A stretch of 64,000 nt of DNA, from NCBI GenBank assembly GCA_051294905.1, contig CM119371.1:25546001-25610000 (forward strand). Reading direction: 5' to 3'. A program made the translations under genes and the position numbers. Positions 12,001 to 27,000 of the stretch are shown piece after piece. The notes below the pieces were generated by a model. The model had not been told where the DNA came from and did not search any database. It saw only the letters and a list, made by a program, of their open reading frames with translations. The stretch's first letter is position 1, and each line of letters starts with the position of its first letter. The stretch is from Botryllus schlosseri. Its lineage: Eukaryota.

Positions 12001-15000
12001 GGGGTTCTCAACCCGCGGGCCGCATGCGGCCCGCGGCCTCTTTCATTACGGACGCAATTACTACTGGCCCAGTATTATTGCATATTAATTTAGCTACTTA
12101 GCTCTCTTATCGCACCGTCGCTGTTTCGTTTGAATCCCATTCTTTGACGTGCTCTGGTCTCTTGATATGTACTCGAGTTTAGATTGTTATTGTTCTGAAT
12201 CAGTATTGGTATGGACCTTTAATTTTTCACTAGTCTGCGTGCACTCACCAACTCACCGCACGCTCCCTTGGACAACAGTGCGTAACGACTGAAAGAAAGG
12301 TCATCACATCGGCTTTTTTGTGCGCCCCGCCGATTTTCTGTGCGTGGCGACTTTGTCAGCAGTGTGCGGCTGCGCACGCGCGCAGCTTGAATTTGATGAA
12401 TTTGCTTTCTCATATATAAATAGAAAACCTATATTCGTCATATTTATCGAAGAACAGTTGTCGTAACGAAGCGTAGAAGCTTAAAACGATACCACTAAAA
12501 TTTATTCTAGGTTACATATTACCTGATCTTAGAAAAAACGCTACCACCTAGGCGTCAAGCACAGTAATCCGTAGTTCGAGGAAAAATATTAAAATTGCCG
12601 ACGACGTTACAGACGCTTTGGAATATCGCTAAACCCAAGAAATCTGCTAGAGAAGGTTGTGATTTCACTAATACTTTAACATACTGTGCGAATATTCTCT
12701 GTTTCCGGGACTTAGCAGCAATGTTTCCTCCAAGCTGGGCACGTGCGCAAATGCGCAGTGCTGACACGATCTGTGCGCGCAGAAAATCTAAGTTGCGCAC
12801 AAAAATCCGAAATAGTGACATCTTTTATAGTCTTTACGCACGATTATCCAAGGGTCTGCGCATTAAGTTGGTGAGTGTGCGCAGACTCGTCAAAAATTAG
12901 AGGGAACTCTGCTTAGCAGCAAGGACAACATTACCTGACAAATTTTGAAGCTAAAGTTGTCCGATTCAACCGTGACCAGAAGAGTAGCACGCCGACATTT
13001 TATCGCATGTTCTGAAACACGTTGCCGTGTATACTACTTTAGCCTAGCATTGGACGAATCCACCGACTTCACAGACATTGCATGGCCAATTTTCTTGGTG
13101 CATTTTATCAGAGTGGACATATTTGCTGAAGGAATGCTGGCATGGCAAACGTGGGGAGGTGGCCAGCGAAAAACATCAACTTGACAAAGTTGACTTCTGT
13201 AACTAGTGGTGGAGGGCTCCAGCTATGGAAGGAAAAGACATGGGTTAATTGGTTTGCTCTGAAATGACCCCGAAACGCCAGACTTCTTCTCATTTCACTG
13301 ATAGCTCAAAGTGATAATGGCCTCCGTTGTAACAAAAAAGTGCGTGTGTTGTGACGCACAATAAGGCCTAAACGGCGATAAGCGTCACAGTAATACCGTG
13401 TGTAATAATAATAATAAGGTACATATACCGACTTGGAAATGAATGCAATGCACTCTAAATGAAATGATTTACTTGCAACGCCAGAAGATGCATATTCTCA
13501 CAGAAAACAGCGATTGAATACATACGAACGCTGTCCAAGTGACTATTAATGCTTTGAAATGCATAAAAATGGACTATAGACGCCCGTATACGACTAATAA
13601 ATAGGCTCCAGTAGCCTACATTTGATAAAAGCTCACAAATGCACGGTAACAATGTTTTGCGGCCCGCAGCGTCTTTTGCGGGCAAAATGCGGCCCGTTGT
13701 ACATGCGAAGTTGAGAACCCCTGCTCTACGTATTAGTTTAGCATTGCGAAGATATCATAATATTTTACAAAATTAAACAATTAGCTTTGCGTTGCTGATC
13801 GAATTAAATTATCTTGCAGAGCATAAGACATTCGTTTTCATATGCCCCTTAATATGATTAATTACACTGGTCAACACAATTTTTGTTGTCTTTGATCAGA
13901 CAATTGATTTTGAATAACTTCTGGACGCAGCATTTATGAATGGCTTCCGTTTTTCGCTATCACGTCAATTTTTTGTGTTAGGCACCCACCACATTGTTTC
14001 GTAGGCCACATAAAAGTACTACATTAATATTTTGGGTTTACTGTATAAAACGCTTTAAAAACCACCAGCAGTCGAAAGTAAATCAATAGACATCAAATAA
14101 ACATTTAAAATGCTTTATTCGGTCGATTCGAATTGATATTGCTTCTGCAGGACAAATAAAGTGCGAGTTTCAAGGTCCCAATTTACCCTAATAACTAGGG
14201 CCATTTAAAGTCATTAAAGTCATATTTTTTTCTCTGCATCAGTAAGTCGTACAATCAATTTTAACGTAAAAACCGCATCCCTATGGGGTATATTAAGAAA
14301 GTTATAAAGTCATATTTTCCTGGTTAGGTCATATTTGAGTTATAAAGTCATATTGTTGTATACTTTAAATAATAAGTGCCAATTGAAGCGGTGAAGCGAT
14401 TAAGCACTAAGTAAGGCAAACTACAAGGTTAGCCTACATAACATTACAGTCACAGACCTATGAGGTCACACATTGCATTATGTGGTCAGATATTGCATCA
14501 TGTTGCTACAAAATTTATTTTACTTCTGTGCACTGAAGTGGGGCGTCATTTGAAGTTCAGTCAGGGGGCAGGCAAGCTAAAAAGCTCAGTCTTGGTCTAC
14601 TTATGTACAAATACATTACAACTAGCAGCGAACTGAAGAAGATAACAGTTGAATATATACAGTTCACTTCAAGTTTATTCATAAGAGACTTAGACACAGA
14701 GAGAATATCTGGTTCAGCATTCCAAAAGTGAGAGAATCTAATGCAGCGAAAGTCAAAGCTATTGTAAATGAATTTAAGGACTTCAAAATCTCCCCTACAG
14801 AGAAAGTGTCCTGTCATATATGCAGTTGCATTGTGAAGCATGAGAAACGTATTTTTGTTGAACAGCATCTTGCAACACTCAAGCATAAGATATGGATTGA
14901 AGCAAGAACGACCCCCTCTTCAGCTCTGCAACAAGCATTCTCTGCAACTGTTATGTTGTGTGTGTTTTACTCGTCAGTTCCATGAGTTGGTTACAGGTAA

Positions 15001-18000
15001 AATACACGATTTTCACATAAAGTCATATTTTCCAAAAAATAAAGTCATATTATTGATTTTTTAAGGTCATATAAAAATGGCCCTGCTAATAACCCATAAT
15101 TTTGTGGGTTGTCTCGTTTGATACTGGAGCAATAGTCATCTAACATATGTAAGCTCCAATCTTCTCTGGTATCTTACCTCGAAGATCTTCAGATATTGTG
15201 GGACACTTTCCCCTTGCCCATCGCTGACTATGCAATGTTTTCCGGGAAATTATTTCGATATTTTAGCTTTTGAACCACTTTAATATCAGTAATTGCTGCA
15301 AACACTTTTATTTGAGAAAAAAAGATGACTTGACCATGGTGTATAAATATATAGCCAAACGCATATAATATAATGCTAACTTACATCAGCCTCATTTTTC
15401 TGCATCGAAATGTAGGTAAAGTTGGTCAAATTGCAGGGCAAATGAGATACCCGACGTTAGAAGCGACATGATGGTAATCTGTAAGCGTCTCTACTTTGAC
15501 GCAAAGTTATTTCCTTTGAACATAACGATATATGTATCCAACGGAAGCCTCATCGTGTAAGAAGTTAGTGGATGCCGTTCGGTCTATGTTTCGTAAATCC
15601 AACCATCAGTTTATGTCACGTGACATTAGTAGTGTTGTTGTTGCACGGCCCAATGCTAGTCTTTTCACGTGGCGAGGGGGCGTTCAGATACCCCTCCAAC
15701 TTGAGTCGGAATTCTTGAGTCGACCCTGGTCGGATTGGAACCCGCAAAACATTGGTGTCGCAGCTGTGGAAAGTACCACAACCGCAACGCTATCTCGCCA
15801 CTATTACTGAGTATCGTAAAACAATTATTGAGTCTGATGTTTCATTGACTGGTAAATTAAAAATAGAAATATTCCCACAAATCGTTAAATATTAAGTTTT
15901 CAAGTGTTCGTATATAATCTGCAGTGCACATAAACGGTTGATACTCCACAGCGGGGGTGTCAAACATACGACCCGCGGGCCGCATCCGGCCCGCCAGACG
16001 ATTTCAGCCGGTCCGCGAAGCGACTCCGAAAAATGGCTGTATTATGCAGCTCATTTCTGAAAAATGTTGAAATTACTTTCACTAAATAATCCCTCAAGAC
16101 AGCCTATGTATGGTATGTTCATATGTTCATAAGCCACATTATAAGCATAAACATCGGACAGAGTGGTGTTGTGGTTTCACTTTAATGCTAATCAGCAACT
16201 AATCGCTGCCATTGCCAGCTAATTCCGAGACGGTAAAATTGCACACTGAGCTCAGCGTTTTGTGGAAAAATCGACCTAAACGTAGTTAGTGACAAAAGTG
16301 AAAATCCAAGTTAGTATATGCAGGCTACATGGAGAACATAATTGTTACAAAAAAAAATATTTAAAATGCCTCTGGTCGCACTTCATTTTCGCTAATGACA
16401 GCTCCTCGGCTTTCAGAAAAAACGAATCGCGATATGATAATAATGAATCAAATTTCATCGTCTGCGTTTTCAATTAAATATCGTGTATTCCTCACAACGC
16501 ATACACACGACTATTGGTAGATTATGACTGAAACAATGCCATTATAGCAATATGCGAACGTATACCGTCGTCATAGTCACTGTTTTAGTAATTTATATAA
16601 ATGTATTCAATCGAACAATTATCGTCGTTTTGCCAATTCCATTAATTACGAAGAAAGTTGAAAGAATAGACTCATAGGCTGTATAATTGAGTATTCAAGT
16701 GGGCAACACGCCTCACAGGCATGGATTTTGAGACAACATTTTGGAATAATGTAACTGGTCCGGCCTTCGATCGATTTGAAGGTCTGAATCCGGCCCGTAA
16801 CGCAACTTGAGTTTGACACCCCTGCTCCACAGTGTAAATTTGATGTACTTAATGCTAAACTCCAATGTATACAATTTTCAGACCTACCTGATCTGCACAG
16901 ATACTTTCGTTTATGTTGGAGTTCAGGTGGAAGAATACATAGTCTGGAATTTCCCCGCCGTCTTCTACACAGTGTGCTGTCATCTTCATTTAACGGATAT
17001 GGCTCGTCAGATCCATCTCTAGCAAGGTTATATAGCAGATTTGGAATGCCGGCACAGGGAAAACTAAATAATAACTGAGATCATGCCTTGCAATGAGTCA
17101 TGAGTCATGAGACATGAGTCACCCAAGATTGGAGATAGACCGATTTAATGAATATAATATTAAATAAATATTCCAAAGCATATTGCACGATCCCAAAATG
17201 GCTTGTAGTTCCATCATTCGATCTTGTAATGTTCACCAAGCTATATTTATGTCATGTGTTTATTCCTATACCAACATGTTTATTATTATCCTGTTCTAAA
17301 CAGTACTGGCTTCTAATTCTCCGATATCAATAAGTGGCATTCTACAACTTTCACATTTTTGCGCAACTCGTTATATTTCAGTAAACTCCGTTTGAAGCCA
17401 CACTGCCTACTTCTTAATATTAGAATGTGTCTAGTAGGAAGTAACAATAAGTTTACCATATTTTGGAATAGGGGCGCTTTTTTGAAATCAAAAAAGTTTA
17501 AAAAGTTCACCGAAATAAAAAAGGCATATTTTCAAATATTTACGCGAAATATTGTTATGTAGACTATTTCAAAAAAAGCTCATCTTTCCGACTCGACTCC
17601 CGATTGACCCACTCGAACTTCCGCATTATAAATATTACGTCTTCTGCGCCAATTTTCAGTTGACCTTATCCCTTAGCCTTGCTGTCAAAGCTGTAAATGG
17701 GAATAATTTCCGAAACGGAGAACATTTAAGTGTCCTTAGACGACATTTTCGATTTCCTGAAAAAGGAGGACATGTTGTAACCGTGTGGATAGTATATAAA
17801 TACGTTTGCCTTCATTCCCCTTGGCATTGCGATGATAGCCAAACAAAGCAAGCATGTACGACGCTAACAATTTAATAACTTCGAAAATTACACCTGATAC
17901 TTGTAATTTTGCGTTATTGCTGAATATGCATGTCGTAATTTTGAACACCAGAAAAAAGCATTGCTAAACAAAAACCAGATTGAGTCTAACTATGTATTCG

Positions 18001-21000
18001 CAATTAATAAAGAAAGTGTCGGCCAACATGCGACCTTTCGTTTGATCTGGCGGAAAGGCCGTCGACGATGAAACCTATAGGCACAAAAAGGATTGACGCA
18101 CGTTGGCCGAATCTTTCGATATCTATATATCCAGGCGCCGAATAGTCCTTTCCTTGTAAACTGAGCTCAGCGATTTACAGCGGACCCGCAATATCCTGCA
18201 CTAACAATTTGATTGACCTATGAAAATTGAAAAATATCGCGCTTTGCGCGGCTGGTGGCCCACGCAATGTTTCGTCAATTGCATGTGGCCCTTTGGGCGA
18301 AAAGGTTGGCCACCCCTGTTTCAACGTGTTCCAGATATCAGTTCTTCTATACTCGTAATTGAGTATAATTTTTCACTTTCACTTGTGTAGCAATATTGAC
18401 TGCTTTGACCCACTCCAACGGGGACTATGATTAGGAAAAGCTCTGTTTAGTCATAAATAAGTAATATAGCAATATAAAAAAGTGCCAAGTTTTTTGTTAT
18501 CTCAATCTCATTTTCACACTGGCCTCGTATCATAAGGAGCACTGTATATTTTCTCTCAATCATACACTGCATCAGTACAGACCCGTGGAATTGTATTGTC
18601 AAGCTACGTGTACCTGCAGTCAATCGATCCATCGCAGAATTGTGCGAAGCGAAGACATTTTGACCCATCCCGGCATTCGAGCTGCTCATCATAACATTTA
18701 ATTCCTTGACAGAAAGAAATTGGGTACACTATTAACATACTGTCGTTATTACTTGACGGTAATGATTCACAAATGTTTAAGGTTCCAATGAAGACACTAT
18801 CCTGAAACGGTTTTGAGATTAATTTGGACTGGTTTATATCCGTATTTAATGCACTTTCAAACCAGTGTTGGGATGACTCGAGTCATGACTTGACTCGAGT
18901 CAGACTCGAGTCACCTTTTTCGCATGAATTGACTTGACTCGAGTCACTTTGCTAAAATGACTTGACTTGACTTGACTCGGCGTATCAGAAATGTGGATTG
19001 ACTCGTGACTCGGAGCAAAATTCACGAGTCAATTTCAAGTCATCAATTAATCGAGGTCGATAAAAATCACTGTATCTTGCATATGTTCTGATTGTTCGCG
19101 AAACAATGGTGTAACCCGTGAGATCGACCAATCATTCATTCAATGATCGTGCGTTTTACTGAGCCTCTATTGTTCTCTCACAAATAAATTTACCACAAAC
19201 GAAGTGATCGAACCTTACAGCTTATTGTTGTTGTAAACTAGTAGTAAAGTAATATAATAGAAAATTATCTACCTTAACCAAACTTCTTGTTTTATTGATT
19301 TTGAATTCGAATATAGCTTATATACTCTTCAACCATTGGCTCAAATTGTATCATATCAATATGTAAATGGGTAAAGGTTAATGTATTGCATCTTATCAAT
19401 TCGTTTCTCTATTCTCTATTTCTGTCGATAACTATAAACTGAGACTACGTATATGTGAGCAATAGAGCGCCTTCTTGGGTGTTTATTCAACTCGATATTC
19501 GTTCATCGGTTCAAAATCAATGACCACTCAATCTGTATTTCAGACAGCTAGCAAAATGTAATGACGTAATCATGCCTAATACTACAAAAAGGCAACTTGA
19601 CTTGAATTTTGACTTGACTCGTGACTTGACTTGACTTGACTCAGCTTGACTCGAGTCACCTCCGAAAATCGAGTGACTTGACTTGACTCGAGTCGCCTTC
19701 GAAAACCGATTGACTTGACTTGACTCGAGTCAAAATGTGCAATGGCTCGAAATGACTCGTGACTCGAAGGTAGTGACTTGATCCTAACACTGTTTCAAAC
19801 TACGCATTCTATAAACTACATTATGATGATGTTGTGTTAGAGATTGAACTGTCTTTGAATTTCTCATTTTACTTATAATACATATTACCTTATTTTAAAG
19901 TGTTGTAAATATCCTTTGTCTACTTATTGTGAACATTAATAAGAGAAGTACTTAGCATGTGATGGTGTGATGTTCAACACACCACAAAACCTTTGAAATG
20001 TGGCCAAGTTTTAATATAGGCTACTTTGCAGTGTTAGGATGACTCGAGTCAGACTCTAGTTCAATTTTTCTTGTGACTTGACTTGACTTGACTCGAGTCA
20101 CTTTGAAAAATTGACTTGACTGGACTTGACACGGCGCTTCAGAAATGTGGACTGACTCGTGACTCGGAGCAAAATTTACGAGTCGATTTCAAGTCATCAA
20201 GTAAACGGTGTCGATTCATGCACTGTATTTTGTGTATGTAGGGAATGTTCGCGATACGCCCGTTTCACTTGTGAGAGCAACCAGTCATTCACTGATTGTA
20301 CATTCCAATGATATTTCATTGTTACATCACAAATAAATTGACCGCAAACGAAATGATCACAGCTTAAGTTGTTGAACTAGTAGTAGTAGTAGTCGATTAT
20401 TCTAATAGCAACATATATCTGTTTATTAGACGACCCTCTGCTTACATTGTACAGCGCTATCACCTTTACCAACCCTCTTGTATGATTTAAATGGAACGAA
20501 TATTGTATATGCGTTTATACCCTCACGATGTGTAAATGGTTAGTGTATTGTACCATACCATTTAGTTTCAACTTCTCGAGGCATCGTATTCGATCCTCCA
20601 TTTCGGCTGATAATAGCAGAATGTAGCATGTAGCTGTATAGCAGGGTTGTAACCAAGTCACAAGGCTCCGAGTCACAAGTCAATCTCACTTTTATATTTT
20701 TGACTCGAGTCAAGTCGAGTCATTTTCCGTTCCCACCGAGTCAAGTCCGAGTCCAAGTCAGCGAACAGCGGATCGAGTCCGAGTCATGGTATTATGACTC
20801 GAGTCCGAGTCCAAGTCATTGTGTTGACTGCTCAGTCTCCAGATAAAGTCTTCCTAAACCCACTTTTTTATCTCTGTTTGGTGATATTGAATGGTTCGCA
20901 TTTATAATATACTGATTTTCCTCACTTTTTGCAGTTTCTGGTCGCATTTTCAAGCATCAGTACCAACAAACGAAATCCCAATAGTGTGTTGGCTTCGAAA

Positions 21001-24000
21001 TTACAATGAAATGTCGGTCTTGGCCGTCTGAATCTCGAGTCAATGACTTGCTACGAGTCATGCGCAATGACTCGAATCCAAGTCGAATCAATACACAGAT
21101 TAACTCGAGTCGATTCGAGTCATTTCCGTATTTTGCGAAAATGAGTCGAGTCGAGTCATCTGAAAATCGTGACTCGAGTCGAGTCATGACTCGAGTCATT
21201 ACAACCCTGCTGTATAGTTACTCACCGTATTTTATTAGCAGTAGGCCTACTGCGTGTGGGTAAGCGATACAACGCATTTTGCATGTATATTAAACATTAT
21301 ATTCGGTATTCGATTCAAAATAAATGACCAATTAATCTGTCTTTAACATAGCTAGCAAAATGTAATGACTTTGAATGATCACTCAAATTTCGGAAATTCA
21401 ATTTGACTTGAATTGTGACTTGATTCATGAATTGACTTGACTTGACTCGAGTCAACTCCAAAAACGACTGACTCGTCTTGACTCGAGTCACCTCCGAAAA
21501 TAGATTGACTTGACTTGACTCGAGTCAAAATGTGCATTGAGTCGAGATGACTCGTGACTCTAAAGTAGTGACTTGATCCCAACATTGATACGTTGTGCCG
21601 TTTGGGTTTCGGTAAAGTTCCCAAAATAAACTGCGAATGACTGCAAATAATACTTAGTCAATGTCTAGCGCAACTGCCAAGTCTTATCAACAGAACTCAC
21701 ACTACACGATGTAATCTAACTCTGAAATGAGACTGCATGGGAAATTGATTTTATATCGAAAAGTGCGCGACGAAAAACTGCAGAGTATACAACATTATCA
21801 GTATCAAACAAATGGGAGAGTCACCAGCACACCAGCAGATAACAATGGTTTTGAATGATTCCCAACAAATAATTGTTACCGTGTATTTTTTCAAGCAACT
21901 TCGTAAGAACAGACAGTTTTATCTAGTGAATGTAAAAAAGTACCCAAAAATATTAACGTTTCGTGCAATATTACGCATTTTATACTGCAATTATTCTTCT
22001 GTCACAAATTTTCCAAACATCCACTTTTATAGTCAGAAAGTTTTCCATCGTAGGTCAGATCCCACGTGTTATAGGCACAAAATAGTCACCAATAAGATTT
22101 TTTGTTTCGATTTCACAGCTAAAATTCGAAGTATGTCCCTATTTTTGAAGCCTTATTGTGATCGCATTTCGTTCACCAACTGTACAATGTCATCCGTATA
22201 TATATAGATAGCGTGCACAATAGAATGAGATTCCAATATAGTTCATCCGTCTCCTGAATGAGTTTCATTACTTTAGTCTACTCAACAATTGCTTGAGCTG
22301 TGGATGCGGAACAGGTTATTTTCGGTTGGAAAGAAAACGAGTTATTGTGATGGGTCGAAGTCTTAAATAATACAAATACATAAAAAGGCGATAATGCTTT
22401 GTTCATATACTTACTATCACTACAAAGATGGTGTCGTATGTGTCGGAGTGAGAGGGGAAGGATACATAGTCCCGGTTCCGAATATTTGATTCTTCTACAT
22501 AAAGTTCCATTATCTCCATACGTCGCATATGGTTCATCGGATCCGTCGCTAGAAAAATATTTATAACGAATGTATTTGTTAATGCCTAGCCTATAAGCAG
22601 AGGATTGTGTGTAAAATTTAGCCAACCGCTGCGGTTTGTCAGGAACATATGCAGTTCTTCCAACTGTCTACTCTAAATCGGGCGTCAGGCGCTTGTACTA
22701 CAATAACTACATCGGTTCCAAAATTCCTGCGAATTTGCTCATCGCTCATTTATTCACTATAATTAGCACACACAACCAACTAAATTTGGCTTGTGAGCGC
22801 GAACCTATAAATTATCAAGGTTTCGCTTTCCGAACACGAATGCGAGCCGGACGTTCGTAACACCCCCAATGCATATTCGCAATCAAATACATGAATATTT
22901 TCAGGAAATGAACTAATATGTTCTCGCTCATCATTCAATCACCAATACCTGCAATGTTTATATCCGTCGCAAAATCCTCTAGGATCAATACACCTCGATC
23001 CGTCACTGCACTGGAATTCCTCCATAGAGCAGTGTATACCTATAGAAATAATTATTACAACAATTCACTCCATTGCACTAAGTTTGCGTGGAATTACCGG
23101 GAATTGAATGATAGCACTACTTGTTGCAATTGCCAACGTTTTTCAATATGATTCAGGTGATCATATATACCAGTTACGCGATTATGACAAGTGGCTTACA
23201 GTTAAAATCGATCAAGCCGCCTCATGCGCATTGCGCACTATCTTTACCTATGATAGTGAAGCACAATGACAAAATAGTTGTATACAAGTCACAAGAAAAG
23301 CTCATATTATAGTTTTGACTCGAGTCAAGCAACCACCGATCCAAGTACGAGTCCTAGTCAGGGTGCAAAGTGTCAAGTCCGCATCATGATATTGGGACTC
23401 GAGTTCTAGTACTGATCGCCGTGTTCACTGTTCGGTCCCTAGTTAAAGTAATGTTCATCTCACGATTTTACAGTTTTGCTTGATGTATGTCGACCCTGAT
23501 GGGTCGCATTCATATTCTCATACTTTTTCTTACTCGCAACATGTTTATATCCGTATTTAATGCACTTTCAAACCAGTGTTGGGATGACTCGAGTCATGAC
23601 TTGACTCGAGTCAGACTCGAGTCACCTTTTTCGCATGAATTGACTTGACTCGAGTCACTTTGCTAAACTGACTTGACTTGACTTGACTCGGCGTATCAGA
23701 AATGTGGATTGACTCGTGACTCGGAGCAAAATTCACGAGTCAATTTCAAGTCATCAATTAATCGAGGTCGATAAAAATCACTGTATCTTGCATATGTTCT
23801 GATTGTTCGCGAAACAATGGTGTAACCCGTGAGAGCGACCAATCATTCATTCAATGATCGTGCGTTTTACTGAGCCTCTATTGTTCTCTCACAAATAAAT
23901 TTACCACAAACGAAGTGATCGAACCTTACAGCTTATTGTTGTTGTAAACTAGTAGTAAAGTAATATAATAGAAAATTATCTACCTTAACCAAACTTCTTG

Positions 24001-27000
24001 TTTTATTGATTTTGAATTCGAATATAGCTTATATACTCCTCAACCATTGGCGCAGGCTCAAATTGTATCATATCAATATGTAAATGGGTAAAGGTTAATG
24101 TATTGCATCTTATCAATTCGTTTCGCTATTCCCTATTTCTGTCGATAACTATAAACTGAGACTACGTATATATGAGCAATAGAGCGCCTTCTTGGGTGTT
24201 TATTCAACTCGATATTCGTTCATCGGTTCAAAATCAATGACCACTCAATCTGTATTTCAGACAGCTAGCAAAATGTAATGACGTAATCATGCCTCATACT
24301 ACAAAAAGGCAACTTGACTTGAATTTTGACTTGACTCGTGACTTGACTTGACTTGACTCAGCTTGACTCGAGTCACCTCCGAAAATCGAGTGACTTGACT
24401 TGACTCGAGTCACCTTCGAAAACCGATTGACTTGACTTGACTCGAGTCAAAATGTGCAATGGCTCGAAATGACTCGTGACTCGAAGGTAGTGACTTGATC
24501 CCAACACTGTTTCAAACTACGCATTCTATAAACTACATTATGATGATGTTGTGTTAGAGATTGAACTGTCTTTGAATTTCTCATTTTACTTATAATACAT
24601 ATTACCTTATTTTAAAGTGTTGTAAATATCCTTTGTCTACTTATTGTGAACATTAATAAGAGAAGTACTTAGCATGTGATGGTGTGATGTTCAACACACC
24701 ACAAAACCTTTGAAATGTGGCCAAGTTTTAATATAGGCTACTTTGCAGTGTTAGGATGACTCGAGTCAGACTCTAGTTCAATTTTTCTTGTGACTTGACT
24801 TGACTTGACTCGAGTCACTTTGAAAAATTGACTTGACTGGACTTGACACGGCGCTTCAGAAATGTGGACTGACTCGTGACTCAGAGCAAAATTTACGAGT
24901 CGATTTCAAGTCATCAAGTAAACGGTGTCGATTCATGCACTGTATTTTGTGTATGTAGGGAATGTTCGCGATACGCCCGTTTCACTTGTGAGAGCAACCA
25001 GTCATTCACTGATTGTACATTCCAATGATATTTCATTGTTACATCACAAATAAATTGACCGCAAACGAAATGATCACAGCTTAAGTTGTTGAACTAGTAG
25101 TAGTAGTAGTCGATTATTCTAATAGCAACATATATCTGTTTATTAGACGACCCTCTGCTTACATTGTACAGCGCTATCACCTTTACCAACCCTCTTGTAT
25201 GATTTAAATGGAACGAATATTGTATATGCGTTTATACCCTCACGATGTGTAAATGGTTAGTGTATTGTACCATACCATTTAGTTTCAACTTCTCGAGGCA
25301 TCGTATTCGATCCTCCATTTCGGCTGATAATAGCAGAATGTAGCATGTAGCTGTATAGCAGGGTTGTAACCAAGTCACAAGGCTCCGAGTCACAAGTCAA
25401 TCTCACTTTTCTATTTTTGACTCGAGTCAAGTTAGGGATTTTCAGTTCCCACAGCGTCAAGTCCGAGTCCAAGTCAGCGAACAGAGGATCGAGTCCGAGT
25501 CATGGTATTATGACTCGAGTCCGAGTCCAAGTCATTGTGTTGACTGCTCAGTCTCCAGATAAAGTCTTCCTAAACCCACTTTTTTTAACTCTGTTTGGTG
25601 ATATTGAATGGTTCGCATTTATAATATACTGATTTTCCTCACTTTTGCAGTTTCTGGTCCAATGTTCAAGCATCAGTACCAACAAACGAAATCCCAATAG
25701 TGTGTTGGCTTCGAAATTACAATGAAATGTCGGTCTTGGCCGTCTGAATCTCGAGTCAATGACTTGCTTCGAGTCATGCGCAATGACTCGAGTCCAAGTC
25801 GAGTCAATACACAGATTAACTCGAGTCGAGTCGAGTCATTTCCGTATTTTGTGAAAATGACTCGAGTCGAGTCGAGTCATCTGAAAATCGTGACTCGAGT
25901 CTGACTCGAGTCGAGTCATGACTCGAGTCATTACAACCCTGCTGTATAGTTACTCACCGTATTTTATTAGCAGTACTGCGTGTGGGTAAGCGATACAACG
26001 CATTTTGCATGTATATTAAACGTTATATTCGGTATTCGATTCAAAATAAATGACCAATTAATCTGTCTTTAACATAGCTAGCAAAATGTAATGACTTTGA
26101 ATGAATACTCAAATTTCGGAAATTCAATTTGACTTGAATTGTGACTTGATTCATGAATTGACTTGACTTGACTCGAGTCAACTCCAAAAACGACTGACTC
26201 GTCTTGACTCGAGTCACCTCCGAAAATAGATTGACTTGACTTGACTCGAGTCGAAATGTGCATTGAGTCGAGATGACTCGTGACTCTAAAGTAGTGACTT
26301 GATCCCAACATTGATACGTTGTGCCGTTTGGGTTTCGGTAAAGTTGCCAAAATAAACTGCGAATGACTGCAAATAATACTTAGTCAATGTCTAGCGCAAC
26401 TGCCAAGTCTTATCAACAGAACTCACACTACACGATGTAATCTAACTCTGAAATGAGACTGCATGGGAAATTGATTTTATATCGAAAAGTGCGCGACGAA
26501 AAACTGCAGAGTATACAACATTATCAGTATCAAACAAATGGGAGAGTCACCAGCACACCAGCAGATAGCAATGGTTTTGAGGGATTCCCAGCAAATAATT
26601 GTTACGTGAATTTTTCCAAGCAACTTCGTAAGAACAGACAGTTTTATCTAGTGAATGTAAAAAAGTACCCAAAAATATTAACGTTTCGTGCAATATTACG
26701 CATTTTATACTGCAATTATTCTTCTGTCACAAATTTTCCAAACATCCACTTTTATAGTCAGAAAGTTTTCCATCGTAGGTCAGATCCCACGTGTTATAGG
26801 CACAAAATAGTCACCAATAAGATTTTTTGTTTCGATTTCACAGCTAAAATTCGAAGTATATCCCTATTTTTGAAGCCTTATTGTGATTGCATTTCGTTCA
26901 CCAACTGTACAATGTCATCCATATATATATAGATAGCGTGCACAATAGAATGAGATTCCAATATAGTTCATCCGTCTCCTGAATGACTTTCATTACTTTA

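Noticed and set aside
15177..15480. Candidate extra minus-strand exons with GTAAG donors
   Set aside because: They contain stops or have phases incompatible with the phase-1 join, and exon 16888 joins exon 9092 cleanly without them.
20957..21624. ORFs rich in SSRVES/TRV (also 25257-26350 and 62861-63082)
   Set aside because: These are translations of GACTC/GACTT MITE subterminal repeats.
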